Positions 50,047 to 61,500 of a stretch of DNA of 64,000 bases are shown here, in pieces (the stretch's first letter is position 1; each line of letters starts with the position of its first letter). The notes under the pieces were generated by a model. It ran no database searches and had not been told where the DNA came from. It saw only the letters and a list, made by a program, of their open reading frames with translations. Where the stretch lies: sequence record PV340856.1; one strand, written 5' to 3'. Position numbers and translations under genes: made by a program.

Positions 50047-50698
50047 TTTACCTAACTTTGGTATTATTGAGACACAATTAACTGAAGAACATGTAGATCT
50101 TCTGTATAAGGATTTGATTCGTCAAGCACCTAAGGGATGGGAGTTTGACGGTCATAAAATCATAAAGGGTACAGAAGTATCTCAGTGGGACTTTGATTGG
50201 TCTTCAGAGACCTATAAGAAGTTTATGGGAGAGTGTCTTGGTCCATGTATCAGCACGTATGCCGAAAAGTATGGTAAACATACTCTTATGTGTACATCAC
50301 AGATGCATGGAATTAATGTAAGTCGGTGTTGGGTAAGATGTAGCAAACCAGGAGAATATCTTTCAGTACATGATCATAGTGCTCTATGGTCTTTTGCAGT
50401 ATGGTTAAACATTCCATATGACTATAAAGAAGAACAGAAAGATAATGAAGCGTTCACACCATATGCAGGAGATTTTCAATTAATATATCCAGCAACTACT
50501 GGTATTATGTTAAAGAAGAATTGGAGACTCGATAGATCTATGGAAGGTCGTATGATCTTCTTCCCGAGTCAGATTAGTCATATGGTGTATCCTCATCATA
50601 CCACTAGCGGCGCGGCGTTTGACGGTGAGTATCGTGTATGTGTTGCAGGTAATATCTCATTGGATAGTTACCAAGTATTAGATAACGTAGCTTCTTAA
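50030..50698 (+). CDS. 2OG-Fe(II) oxygenase (TIGR02466-like)
   Basis: WVRCSKPGEYLSVHDHSALWSF, EGRMIFFPSQISHMV, RVCVAGNI. Confidence 0.8.
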   Translation, partial: KMQVIDLPNFGIIETQLTEEHVDLLYKDLIRQAPKGWEFDGHKIIKGTEVSQWDFDWSSETYKKFMGECLGPCISTYAEKYGKHTLMCTSQMHGINVSRCWVRCSKPGEYLSVHDHSALWSFAVWLNIPYDYKEEQKDNEAFTPYAGDFQLIYPATTGIMLKKNWRLDRSMEGRMIFFPSQISHMVYPHHTTSGAAFDGEYRVCVAGNISLDSYQVLDNVAS

Positions 50699-51107
50699 AG
50701 TGTTAAATGTATAGATATGGAGAACACTATATCTGTGTAAAATGGAAATTCATATTGAACCTTACCACCTAGACTTGCTAATTGAGACAATTTCGTTTAG
50801 ACTAGAAGAGGATCAACAATTACATTTTTTACCTGATGTGCGTTCTGATTTAGAAGAACTAATTGCAATGTTTGAAGATGAATATCTATAACGTCTATCT
50901 CGGTCAAGATATAATTATTCGTGAGTGCCGAGAAGAAGATTTAGAACATAAACTTGTATTTGTCAAAGAATATTTTGACTGGCATCAGGACGATGAACTA
51001 CGTCATCAGAAGTTAAAAATAGTAAAGGTTGAGACTTCTAAATAAACCGTAACCATTGCAATGATTGATTTGCCGTGGTATAATAATTTCGTAAAACATT
51101 CACTGTT

Positions 51108-51860
51108 ATGGCTAAAGGATTTACCGTAAAAGCTAAGGCTCCTACTCCGAAAAAAGTAGAAGATGATTTTGATATCGCAGCAGCAAAGGAGATGGTAAAA
51201 GGCAAGAGTATTGTCTTCTGTCTCCCTGGTCGTGGTGTCTCCTATATTTTCCTCAAGGCATTTGTTCAACTATGCTTTGATCTCGTTCAAACTGGTGCAA
51301 GTATTCAGATTGCACAAGATTACTCCTCCATGGTCAACTTTGCACGTTGTAAAGTGCTTGGGGCTAATGTCCTTCGTGGACCTAAACAGATTCCCTGGGA
51401 TGGTAAGTTGCAGTATGATTACCAACTGTGGATTGACTCGGATATCGTCTTCGATGTTGAGAAGTTCTACCGTCTTGTGTGGATGCAGAAGGATATTGCA
51501 GCTGGTTGGTACATGACTGAGGATGGTAAGACCACCTCTGTTGCACACTGGTTGGAAGAAGATGACTTCGCTAAGAATGGTGGTGTCATGAATCACGAAA
51601 CTGGTGAGTCTATCTCTCGTCGTCGTAAGCCTTTCACCGTAGACTACACTGGCTTCGGTTGGGTTCTGATCAAGAAGGGTGTATTTGAATCTCTTGAGTA
51701 CCCCTGGTTTGCTCCTAAGATGCAGGTCTTTGAATCTGGTGATGTTCAGGATATGTGTGGAGAAGATGTTTCGTTCTGTCTCGACGCAAAAGAAGCAGGT
51801 TATGAGATCTGGTGTGATCCCAAGATTCGTGTTGGACACGAAAAGACTCGCGTGATCTGA
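51108..51860 (+). CDS. conserved cyanophage protein with a GT-A (GT2-like) fold
   Basis: WIDSDIVF (DxD), TGFGWVLIK, CGEDVSFC, VGHEK. Confidence 0.6.
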   Translation: MAKGFTVKAKAPTPKKVEDDFDIAAAKEMVKGKSIVFCLPGRGVSYIFLKAFVQLCFDLVQTGASIQIAQDYSSMVNFARCKVLGANVLRGPKQIPWDGKLQYDYQLWIDSDIVFDVEKFYRLVWMQKDIAAGWYMTEDGKTTSVAHWLEEDDFAKNGGVMNHETGESISRRRKPFTVDYTGFGWVLIKKGVFESLEYPWFAPKMQVFESGDVQDMCGEDVSFCLDAKEAGYEIWCDPKIRVGHEKTRVI

Positions 51861-52379
51861 TGTTATACAAGGTCATGGAGTTAGGTACAGATGGTTGGGG
51901 GATTAATGACCCTCATCGTGATCGTAACCTGACCAAAGAACAAGCTAAAGAGAGACTTGAACATTATATTAATGAGGGAGTCTCTCCTCAAAGACTTCAG
52001 GCTACTCCAGAATAAAAACTCTACCGGCGCGTTTTACCCGCGTCCGACCGCGAAAAACCTCTAAGTATTACTAAATAATGGCTGTAAGGAAAATGAGCAA
52101 GAGTGGTTCGACTTTTATCGAATCATCTCCCAAGAAAACTAGGCAAGGTAGTGGAAAAAACACAAAGTATTCTGCTACATCTGCAAACAATAAACGTAAA
52201 CGTTATCGAGGACAAGGAAGGTAATGGAAGAAATTAAGTCTGGACCTAACGCATCTGATAGTGCTCCAAATATTGAAGGCACTAAAACATTTGGTTATGA
52301 TGTTTCTGCTCAAGCTAAAAAGAAATCAGAAGAGTCCAGAAACGAAAAGAATCCCAACTCTCCTTTAGCCGCAGGATAA
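51860..52379 (+). CDS. three small ORFs: 51860-52015, very basic 52078-52224 (KKTRQGSG...KRKRYRGQGR), 52224-52379
   Basis: Read directly from the sequence; below the ORF-track length threshold. Confidence 0.55.
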
Positions 52380-52384
52380 CACAT

Positions 52385-53041
52385 ATGAGTTCATTAATTG
52401 TTAATCTTCCCGCACAAAAAGTGTGGGTTCGCAAAGAATATTTGAGAGATTTGCAAGATGGACATGGTGAATTTGTTGAAGGCGTCTGGGTGTCGGCTAA
52501 GTCGATACCTGGACGTTCTTTTTATTTTGAGACATACTTGCCTGAATATGGTGCTATGTTTGATAAGTTACCTATCAGTGCATTTGTATCTGAACCAAAG
52601 ACTCCAGATCCTGATTTAGATCTTCCCAATTTGCAGTTTTGGAACTGTATGGATTATGGAGTTGTCAACGTGTGTAAACAATTTGTTGCATCAATGGATT
52701 GGCAAGTCAGAACAAGACACTTTGGGACAATTATGGGTACATATATTTGTACTCTAGATAATTATCACTCGGACTGTGACACTATTGACTACTCAACGAG
52801 CGAAATTCCACAGGAACATAAGTCATTTAACTTGATTGAATTGTCAAATGGTCAGTTTGCTTTGTATCCAAACAACAGATGTCGTATTTTTGATGTGAGT
52901 TTAACACCCCAAGAGCCAAAAATACCCGATTTTAAAGTATCCACAGAATATTATCAGGTAGAAAATGGTGTTGATTGGGGTAGATTGGGTGATACTGATG
53001 AATATTTTTGGGAAACACCCGAAGAAAAGAGTAATAAATAA
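52385..53041 (+). CDS. conserved cyanophage hypothetical protein
   Basis: NLPAQKVWVRKEYLRD...GAMFDKLPISAF...LQFWNCMDY...NGQFALYPNNR. Confidence 0.7.
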   Translation: MSSLIVNLPAQKVWVRKEYLRDLQDGHGEFVEGVWVSAKSIPGRSFYFETYLPEYGAMFDKLPISAFVSEPKTPDPDLDLPNLQFWNCMDYGVVNVCKQFVASMDWQVRTRHFGTIMGTYICTLDNYHSDCDTIDYSTSEIPQEHKSFNLIELSNGQFALYPNNRCRIFDVSLTPQEPKIPDFKVSTEYYQVENGVDWGRLGDTDEYFWETPEEKSNK

Positions 53042-53235
53042 AAGGCAGAGATAGAACCTCTTAAAAAGTTCTGTTTATCAGAACTAATTTGGAGGATTTA
53101 TGTCAAATCACCCGATTCCCGACTCCTCTATGGAGTATATGATGGAAATGTGGGGTACTAGATACCTTATCACTGATCCAAAATCAGATTATTATTTGAA
53201 ACTGAATGAAAAAAAATCAGTAAAATCTGAAAATA

Positions 53236-53652
53236 ATGGCATTGTCAAAAGGTCAAAATAAAATATCTAGAGTTTTTAAGGACATTAGTCTCTCTTTTAT
53301 CAAGCATCCTGTCACAAACGACCTTGGAACGTTTAATGATCAGGATGCCATCAAAAGAGCTGTGACAAATTTGGTAAGAACTAAGCTTGGTGAGAGATTT
53401 TTTCAAAATTTGATCGGCAGTAATGTTGAAAATTCTATTTTTGAACAACCTTCGGAAGATTTGGCTGTAGGAATTGAGGAAGAAATTAGTTATTTGCTCG
53501 ATAATTTTGAATCTAGAATCTCTAGTCCCAGAGTAAAGGTGACTTATCCACCAGATACCAATGATTTGTTAGTTCATATATCATATGAGATCGTAGGATT
53601 GCCCTTACCCACACAGAAAATCGAGTTTATTCTCCAATCTACTAGGATATAA
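53236..53652 (+). CDS. gp25: baseplate wedge subunit gp25
   Basis: FKDISLSF..HPVTND, AIKRAVTNLV.T.LGERFF, FESRI. Confidence 0.92.
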   Translation: MALSKGQNKISRVFKDISLSFIKHPVTNDLGTFNDQDAIKRAVTNLVRTKLGERFFQNLIGSNVENSIFEQPSEDLAVGIEEEISYLLDNFESRISSPRVKVTYPPDTNDLLVHISYEIVGLPLPTQKIEFILQSTRI

Positions 53653-55523
53653 TGTCATTTAATCAATTTACAAACCTAGATTTTGATAGCCTTAAAGTTC
53701 AAATTAGGGATTATCTTCGTGCAAATAGCAATTTTACTGATTTTGACTTCGAGGGATCTAATTTTTCGGTTCTTATTGATCTTTTAGCTTATAATTCTTA
53801 TGTCACGTCATATAATACCAATATGGCGGTCAATGAATGCTTTCTTGATAGTGCTACTTTAAGAGAAAATGTCGTTGCACTCTCAAGAAACATTGGATAT
53901 GTACCTAGATCTAGCAGATCTTCCCGTGCAGTCATCAATTTTTCTGTAGATTTGGGTACAAATGATACCAGAATCGTAACTTTGAAGGCAGGAACCGTTG
54001 CACTCGGCGCTCAAGTCAACGGACAGTACGTATTTTCAATTCCTGACGACTTTGTTACAACAGTTGATAATGATAATGTAGCATTTTTTGAAAATTTAAA
54101 CATTTATGAGGGTGTTTATCTCACAAAAACATTTACGGTTGACTATTCTCTTCCAAATCAGAGATTTATTCTTCCAAATTCCAATATTGATACAACTTCT
54201 ATTCGTGTAAATGTAGAATCTACCACAAATGAAATTTATGAGTTATATGATAATATTCTGAGAGTTGATAATACCTCCAGATTATTCCTTGTTCAGGAAA
54301 TTGAAGATGAAAAATATGAACTTCTTTTTGGAGATAATATTTTAGGCAAGAAACCTCCAGCAGGAGCTAAAATTACTGTAAGTTATATTGTTACGAATGG
54401 ATCAACTGCTAATGGAGCATCAAATTTTACATTTAGCGGTATTCTAAAAGACGATACTGGATCTACAGTTACTGATGGCATCTCTTTAATCTCTACAGAA
54501 CAGTCATCAGAGGCCGGTGACGACATAGAGACTATCAATTCAATCAAATATTTGGCTCCTCGTATCTACGCAGCACAATACCGTGCAGTGACTGCAAACG
54601 ACTATAGAGGTATTATTCCCTTCATATATCCTAACGTTGAATCTGTGACCGCCTACGGGGGTGAGGAGTTGAATCCACCCGAGTACGGTAAAGTGTTTAT
54701 TTCCATAAAACCAAGAAATGGTTCTTTCTTATCTCAGGTAACAAAAGACCAGATTTCTAGACAACTTAAACAATATTCTATTGCTGGCATTAAACCAGAA
54801 ATTGTTGATTTGAAATATCTTTATGTTGAAACTGATTCTGCAGTTTACTTTAATACTAACTCCGTTTTTGATCCTTCTGCATTGAGAACCAAAGTTTTTA
54901 ATTCTCTTACTTTCTATTCTCAGTCTACTGACATCAATAGTTTTGGTGGGAGATTTAAATATAGTAAAATCGTTGGACTTATCGATGATACTGATCAAGG
55001 CATTACTTCCAATATTACAAAGGTAAAAATTAGAAGAGATTTGAATCCTGAAATTGGATTATTTGCAACTTATGAATTGTGTTTTGGTAATGCGTTTTTT
55101 GTTAATTCTGACGGGTACTCCGTAAGATCAACCGGCTTTGAAGTTAGTGGTATTGGTGGAAAGTTATATCTTGCCGACATTCCTATCAGTAAAACTAGAG
55201 GAAAAATTATTTTCTTCAAATTGGAAAATAATGAACCAATTATTGTCAAAAATAATGCGGGAACGGTTAAGTATGACGAAGGAGAGGTTCTTTTAGATGT
55301 GGTAAATATAACAGGAACTTCTTTAAGTAACGGAACAGTTCAAGTAGAAGCTATTCCAGAGTCTAATGATATCATTGCTTTGAAAGACATTTACTTACAA
55401 TATGATATTGCAAATAGCAAAGTAAGTGCTCTTAATGATGTTGTTTCCTCTGGTGAAAATACTTCTGCTACATCATATGTCGTAACTTCCAGTTATTCCG
55501 ACGAAGGATATATCAGATCGTAA
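53652..55523 (+). CDS. gp6: baseplate wedge subunit gp6
   Basis: FTNLDFDSLK..IRDYLRANSNFTDFDFEGSN, SATLRENVV, QYRAVTANDY, PPEYGKVFI. Confidence 0.95.
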   Translation: MSFNQFTNLDFDSLKVQIRDYLRANSNFTDFDFEGSNFSVLIDLLAYNSYVTSYNTNMAVNECFLDSATLRENVVALSRNIGYVPRSSRSSRAVINFSVDLGTNDTRIVTLKAGTVALGAQVNGQYVFSIPDDFVTTVDNDNVAFFENLNIYEGVYLTKTFTVDYSLPNQRFILPNSNIDTTSIRVNVESTTNEIYELYDNILRVDNTSRLFLVQEIEDEKYELLFGDNILGKKPPAGAKITVSYIVTNGSTANGASNFTFSGILKDDTGSTVTDGISLISTEQSSEAGDDIETINSIKYLAPRIYAAQYRAVTANDYRGIIPFIYPNVESVTAYGGEELNPPEYGKVFISIKPRNGSFLSQVTKDQISRQLKQYSIAGIKPEIVDLKYLYVETDSAVYFNTNSVFDPSALRTKVFNSLTFYSQSTDINSFGGRFKYSKIVGLIDDTDQGITSNITKVKIRRDLNPEIGLFATYELCFGNAFFVNSDGYSVRSTGFEVSGIGGKLYLADIPISKTRGKIIFFKLENNEPIIVKNNAGTVKYDEGEVLLDVVNITGTSLSNGTVQVEAIPESNDIIALKDIYLQYDIANSKVSALNDVVSSGENTSATSYVVTSSYSDEGYIRS

Positions 55524-55524
55524 A

Positions 55525-58500
55525 ATGCCTGAACTAAACAAAGTTAAAATCTCTCAACTAATTGAGTCGCAGATTCCTTCTTTTCTTAATGAGGAATCTC
55601 CTCTTTTTGCCGAGTTTTTAAAACAGTATTATATTTCTCAGGAACATCAATCTGGTGTTACGGATATTGCTGTCAATCTTCCAGATTATAAAAAGATAAG
55701 TAGTTTTAATAATGAAACTCTTGTTCCATATAATGTCCTATTAGAAGATATTTTTGCTGCGGATGATACTATCACGGTTCAGTCTACTGTTGGATGGCCA
55801 GATAGTTATGGACTTTTAAAAATTGATAATGAAATTATTACATATAAATCAAAAACTAGTAATCAGTTTTTGGATTGTAGCAGGGGTTTTAGTGCAATCA
55901 ATAAAATTAAACAGGATGTTAATTCTGAGTTTTTAGAATTTTCTGATTCTGAAGCTGAAGAGCATTCTTCTGGGTCTTTAGTATATAATTTAAGTAACTT
56001 ATTTTTGCAAGAATTCTTTTCTAAGTTTAAGAAAGAATTCTTACCTGGATTTGAGAATAGATCTTTTGTTACTGGAACTTCGGTTCAAAATATTCTTACA
56101 AGAGCTAAGGACTTTTATTCTGCAAAAGGAACAGATTCTTCATATCAGATTCTTTTCAAACTTCTGTATGGAGAAGAAATTCAACTAATTAAACCTATTG
56201 ATGATACTATTGCTGCTTCATCAAACGTATATTTTAAAACTAAAAATGTTCTTGTAGAGAATCTTTTTGATGGAGATCCTCTAAGAACGGTAGGTAACTT
56301 CTTATTCCAGGATGTAAGCGGAATTGGAACGGTAAGTGCTTCGATTTATAACGTAGAATATAGACCAATTGATAGGAAAGATTTTTATGAAATTTCTTTA
56401 GACTCTTCTTCTTTCTCTGGAAATTTTGAGGTTCCTGGCAAAACAAAAACATTAGAAGGAATCCCTCAGTTTTCAAACAATATTCTTGTAGACTCTACCA
56501 TTGGATTTGATCAACAGGGATCACTTCTAATTAAACCAACTACAGATTCTAATTTTATTGAAGTATCTTATACAGACAAGACAATTAATCAGTTTCTGGG
56601 TGTTAGTGGTATTTCTACTGATTTGGTTTTTGGTGCTGAGATTTTTGAAGACAAATTAGCTTTTGCATATGCTGGACTTGGGCAGACATCTCTAGCACAG
56701 TTGAGAATTGTCAATATAATTGATAGTATTGATACAAATGATACTGCCAATATGTCAGTTGGTGATAGTTTGAAACTATCTACATTTGGCGTTAATAGAG
56801 GAAAAGATTCTCAATTTAATAGTTGGATCTACAATATCCCCACTATTCACAATATCAAAAGTGTCGATCAACTCAATGTTAACACATTCAGAATTACTCT
56901 TTTTGACTTTGTTGTATTTTACATTGGAGAGAAACTTAATATTTCTGATGGTATAAGAGAAATACAATCAGAAGTTAAGGATATTGAATATGATTCATCT
57001 AATGATGAGAAAAGATTAAGCGATAAAGTTGTAGTCCAGGTTTCCTCTAATATTCCATCTAATCCCACTCTTCTTAAGAAAACTATTGTTAAGGCAGAGC
57101 ATAATCTAGGAAGATTTCCAGAAATAACTAAGTTTCCTATTGGAATTCAAAATAGTTACATATCTGCAGATGGACAGGATTATTTTATTACATCTGCGGG
57201 CATTCCTAACTATCCGATATTTGCAACTGATAATAGAAAGTTTGTTAAGACTGATATTAATGAGTCAACCGATGATAATGGGACACCTATCAATGGTGGC
57301 GGATTTACATACTTATTCAAATCTGTTGATCCTGGATCATCTGAAGCAGAGGGAACTCTTGCTTTAAATGCTGGTGATGTTTCAATCAGACATAATTATA
57401 AAACTGGAGAAAAAATCTTCTGGGATAACATTTACAACAGTGGAATTCAAACAGGCGTTTATTTTGTTACTGCTATAAGTGAAACTGAGTTTTATTTGTC
57501 CTTTAGTGGGTCTGATGTTTTTTCTAAAAAGTATATTCCAGTAAGAACTGATTCTAGGGGGCAGTTTATTGTAAAATCTGGATATGAGGGACGAGAACTA
57601 TCGCATCAAAAAATTCTAAGAAAATTTCCATATGAGAGAAAGGTTGATTTCTTTGATGATCCAAATAAACGAAGTGTTAAAAACAGACCTATTGGTATAT
57701 TAGCAAATGGTGTTGAAATTTTTCCACCAACAGTATTTGATGAGCAGATTTATTACGGTGATGTTGTTAATATTAAAGTAACTAATAGAGGAAAAGACTA
57801 TGATGTAATAAATGGACCAGAATTAGTAATTCAAGATCAGAATGGTAGTGGATGCGAAGCTTTTGCAAATGTTAGTGGGTCTTTTCGTGAAGTAAGATTG
57901 GTTTCTCCTGGAATTGGATATCAGGAGAAACCAAAGATTACTATTGAGGGTGGAAATGGAACTGGTGCTGTTCTTGAATCTAATTTTGTAAAAGGAAAAC
58001 TTATTGTCAATTTTAAAGCTGATGGATCATCTGTAAATTCAAACTCGGAAACTATAGATTTCCCAACTAGACACAACTTCGAGATTGGCGAAGAAGTTTT
58101 TTATGATTCTAGAGGCAACACTCCTATTGGTAATTTAATTAGTGGTGCTACTTATTTTGTTAGACCAGTTGACGACCAAACAATATCTTTATATGAGACT
58201 TTTAGGGATGCTGTTAATGGATCCAATGTTGTTAATATTGGATCTCCAAGTTTTGGTTTCCATAAATTTACATCTACTAAATCTAGAAATACTATTACGA
58301 GAGTCTACGTAAGAGAACCAGGACAAGGATATTCAAACAGAAAAGTTATTGTTCCATCTAGAAATACTGCTGCTGGAACAAGATCTGGCATTGACACTTC
58401 TGATAATTATGTCTATGCCCGTGAACATAATTTCAAAACTGGAGATGTAGTTAGGTATTCATCAACTGAATCTTTAATTAGTGGATTAAGTTCTACTACG

Positions 58501-61500
58501 GAATATTATGTACGAGTGCTTGATGATAATAGATTCAAGTTATATGATGTTGGAATTGGCACTACAAGAGATACTACTAATTTTACAAAAAATAAAGAAT
58601 CTATTTTTGGTGATTTTGGATCTGGAGATCATAAGATTTATTATCCTCCCATTGTAGTAAAAGTGGAATCTATTTCTGCTATTGGTGCTACAACTATTAT
58701 TCAACCACAACTGGATCCAGTTGTTCTCGGTGAAATCGATAGTGTTTTCTTGCGAGAGGGTGGAATTGGATATGGATCTACAAATATTGTAGATTTCCAT
58801 AGAAGACCAAATGTTGGAATTTCTACGATTATCTTTAGATCACTTCTAAAGCCCGTTATTGTCGGTGGAAGTATTGTAGATGTCCAAATTCTTGCAAGTG
58901 GAAGGGGATATAGAAAAGACTCTGACATCTTTGTTTTTGGAAAAGGCGATTTTGCTCAAATTAATCCAATCATCGAAGATGGTGGAATTATTGGAGTCAA
59001 AATTCTTGACGGCGGTGCTGGATATGATGATAATACTGTTTTGGATCTTCAGAATCGAGGAACCGATGCCAAATTCATTGCCGATGTCAGAGAGTGGAAG
59101 TTAAATCAAGTAGTTACTTCTTCCGAGGTTATTAGTGAGGAAGATGGTTGTTTGCTTAGACCATCTACCGATCCAGATCTTGGTCTTCAACCCATTTCGA
59201 TGTATCCTCCAAGAAAATTGAGATATCAACTTGGGGATAATATTGATGCTGGTAATTTGGAACTATCTCAAAATGCTATCCACTCTCCGATTCTTGGGTG
59301 GGCATATGATGGTAATCCAATTTATGGTCCGTATGGATATGAAAATGAAACTGGGGGTTCTATAGTAAGACTTACCAGTGGGTATATTTTAAACGATGAA
59401 AATCTTGATGGATTAAGACCTCCAGGATACTCTTTGGGTTATTTTACAAATGATTATATTTTTAATAATTCTGGAGATCTTGATGTGCATGGAGGAAGAT
59501 ATTGCGTAACACCGCAATTCCCCAATGGAACATATGCATATTTTTATAGTATTGATGTTGATTCAAGTGGCGTTGCTGAACCCAGATATCCATATCTCCT
59601 TGGAACAAAATTCAAAGATTCTCCTGTTGAGGAAAATTTTAATACGTTTTTTAATCAGGACATTGATATTTTCAATAATAATTTATCTAGGAATACTGGT
59701 CCATATTTTCTTGAATTTGGAAATTCCAACTATGATTTGATTGATCGGGTTGATGATTCATATAACCAAAAATTCTATGTTGAAAACGTAAAAACATCTG
59801 GCATAGGATCTGTGAGTATATTCAGTAGAGGAACTGGATATAAAGTAAATGATGTTTTGAATATTGATAATACGGGAACAGATGGATCTAGTGCTAGTGT
59901 TATAGTATCATCTATTTTGGGTAAAGATATATCAAATATATCTGTTGGAATTTCAACTTATGTTGATACGGAACTTAGAGTTAATGGTAGGAGTATTGTT
60001 GGAGTCACTACGGTTCCACATGATATCAATAATGGCGAAACTGTTATTTTATCTGGTATTACGACGGCTAGATTTTCTCCATTTTTTGGAGAACAAAAAG
60101 TTTCTGTCCCATCTAGACGTGTTGGGCTTTCTAGTTTTGTTCCAAATGTTAGTACAACAGGAATAACGACATTTATATCTGTAACTGATACTTTTGGGTT
60201 TAAACCTGGTGATCACATTGGTGTTGGAACAGAAACAATGGTGATTACGGATATTGATTTGAAATTTAAGAGATTTCGGGTCAATCGTGAAAATTATGTT
60301 GGAATGGCAGTTACTCATTTACCTTCAGACAACTCAGTTTTTCTGAAACCAGTTGAGTTTGAATTTAGTGCTGGAGAAAATGTATTTTCATATTCAGTGA
60401 AACCAAATAGAGTTTTATATTTCTCTCCAGAGGAAACAGTTGGTATAGGCTCTACTGGATCGATTTATGATGTAATTAATACGGGAATTGGTAGTGTTGT
60501 TTCTCAAAGTTATGATACTAGATATGTTAGGGCAAGATCAATTTTTATTCCCAATCATGGATTAAAAACTGGACAACCAATAGAGTATAATATTGGTATT
60601 GGTGGAACTTCAATTGTAACAGCTAAAACATCCGCAGGATCTACTTCTGGTGTTGGAACAAGTAGATTGCAGAATGGATCCACCGTATATGCTGTTAATT
60701 TTGGTACAAACTATCTTGGTTTATCTACGACTGGATTTACTACTATTGGGGATGCTTTATATTTCTTTAACGTAGCATCTAATATTGGATATGCCCATTC
60801 GTTTACTACAAAATTTCCAAGAGTTAATGCTCGTGTAGAGAGATACTATACTGAAGTTACTACTGTTGATAATCATGAATTAGTTGATAATGATATTATT
60901 AAATTAGATTCTTCACCAGTTCAGGTAGAGAATGAAAAAATCGTGTTTGATCCCATAATTGGGAAAATTACAACTGGCAAAGTTAGCTTTGGAAATACAG
61001 ATGTTTCTGCAGATTTAACTTCAATTAATATTGATGATGAAACATTCCAGAGTGGCGACAAAGTAGTATTTTATGCTACTGATGGAAATGTTATTGGTGG
61101 ACTTGAAAACAACCAAACTTATTTTGTTCTTCGTGAAGATCCAAAAAATATTAAGTTGGTAAAATACAAATCAGATGTTGTAGATTCAAATCCCATTGTA
61201 TTTACTTCCGTTCCAATCGGAACATACCAAATTGCTAAAATAAATCCACCACTGAATTTTACCAAAGGAAATACATTGGTCATTGATGTATCTGATGTTT
61301 CCTTGAGTGAAATGAAATTTGAGGTTTTCTCTGATATCAATTATTTGAATAATTTAGAAGTTACTAATGATAACGGATTTGCTATTAAACGAGAGGGAGA
61401 ACCTGGTGAAGATGGTTCTACAGTAACGATTGATACTAGGAGAGGATATCCCAATAAAAGTTTCTATACATTAACTCCTGTTATTCCATCTGATGATAGA

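Noticed and set aside
52022-52056. CGCG-rich short tract
   Set aside because: Too short, with no convincing hairpin or repeat to assign a function
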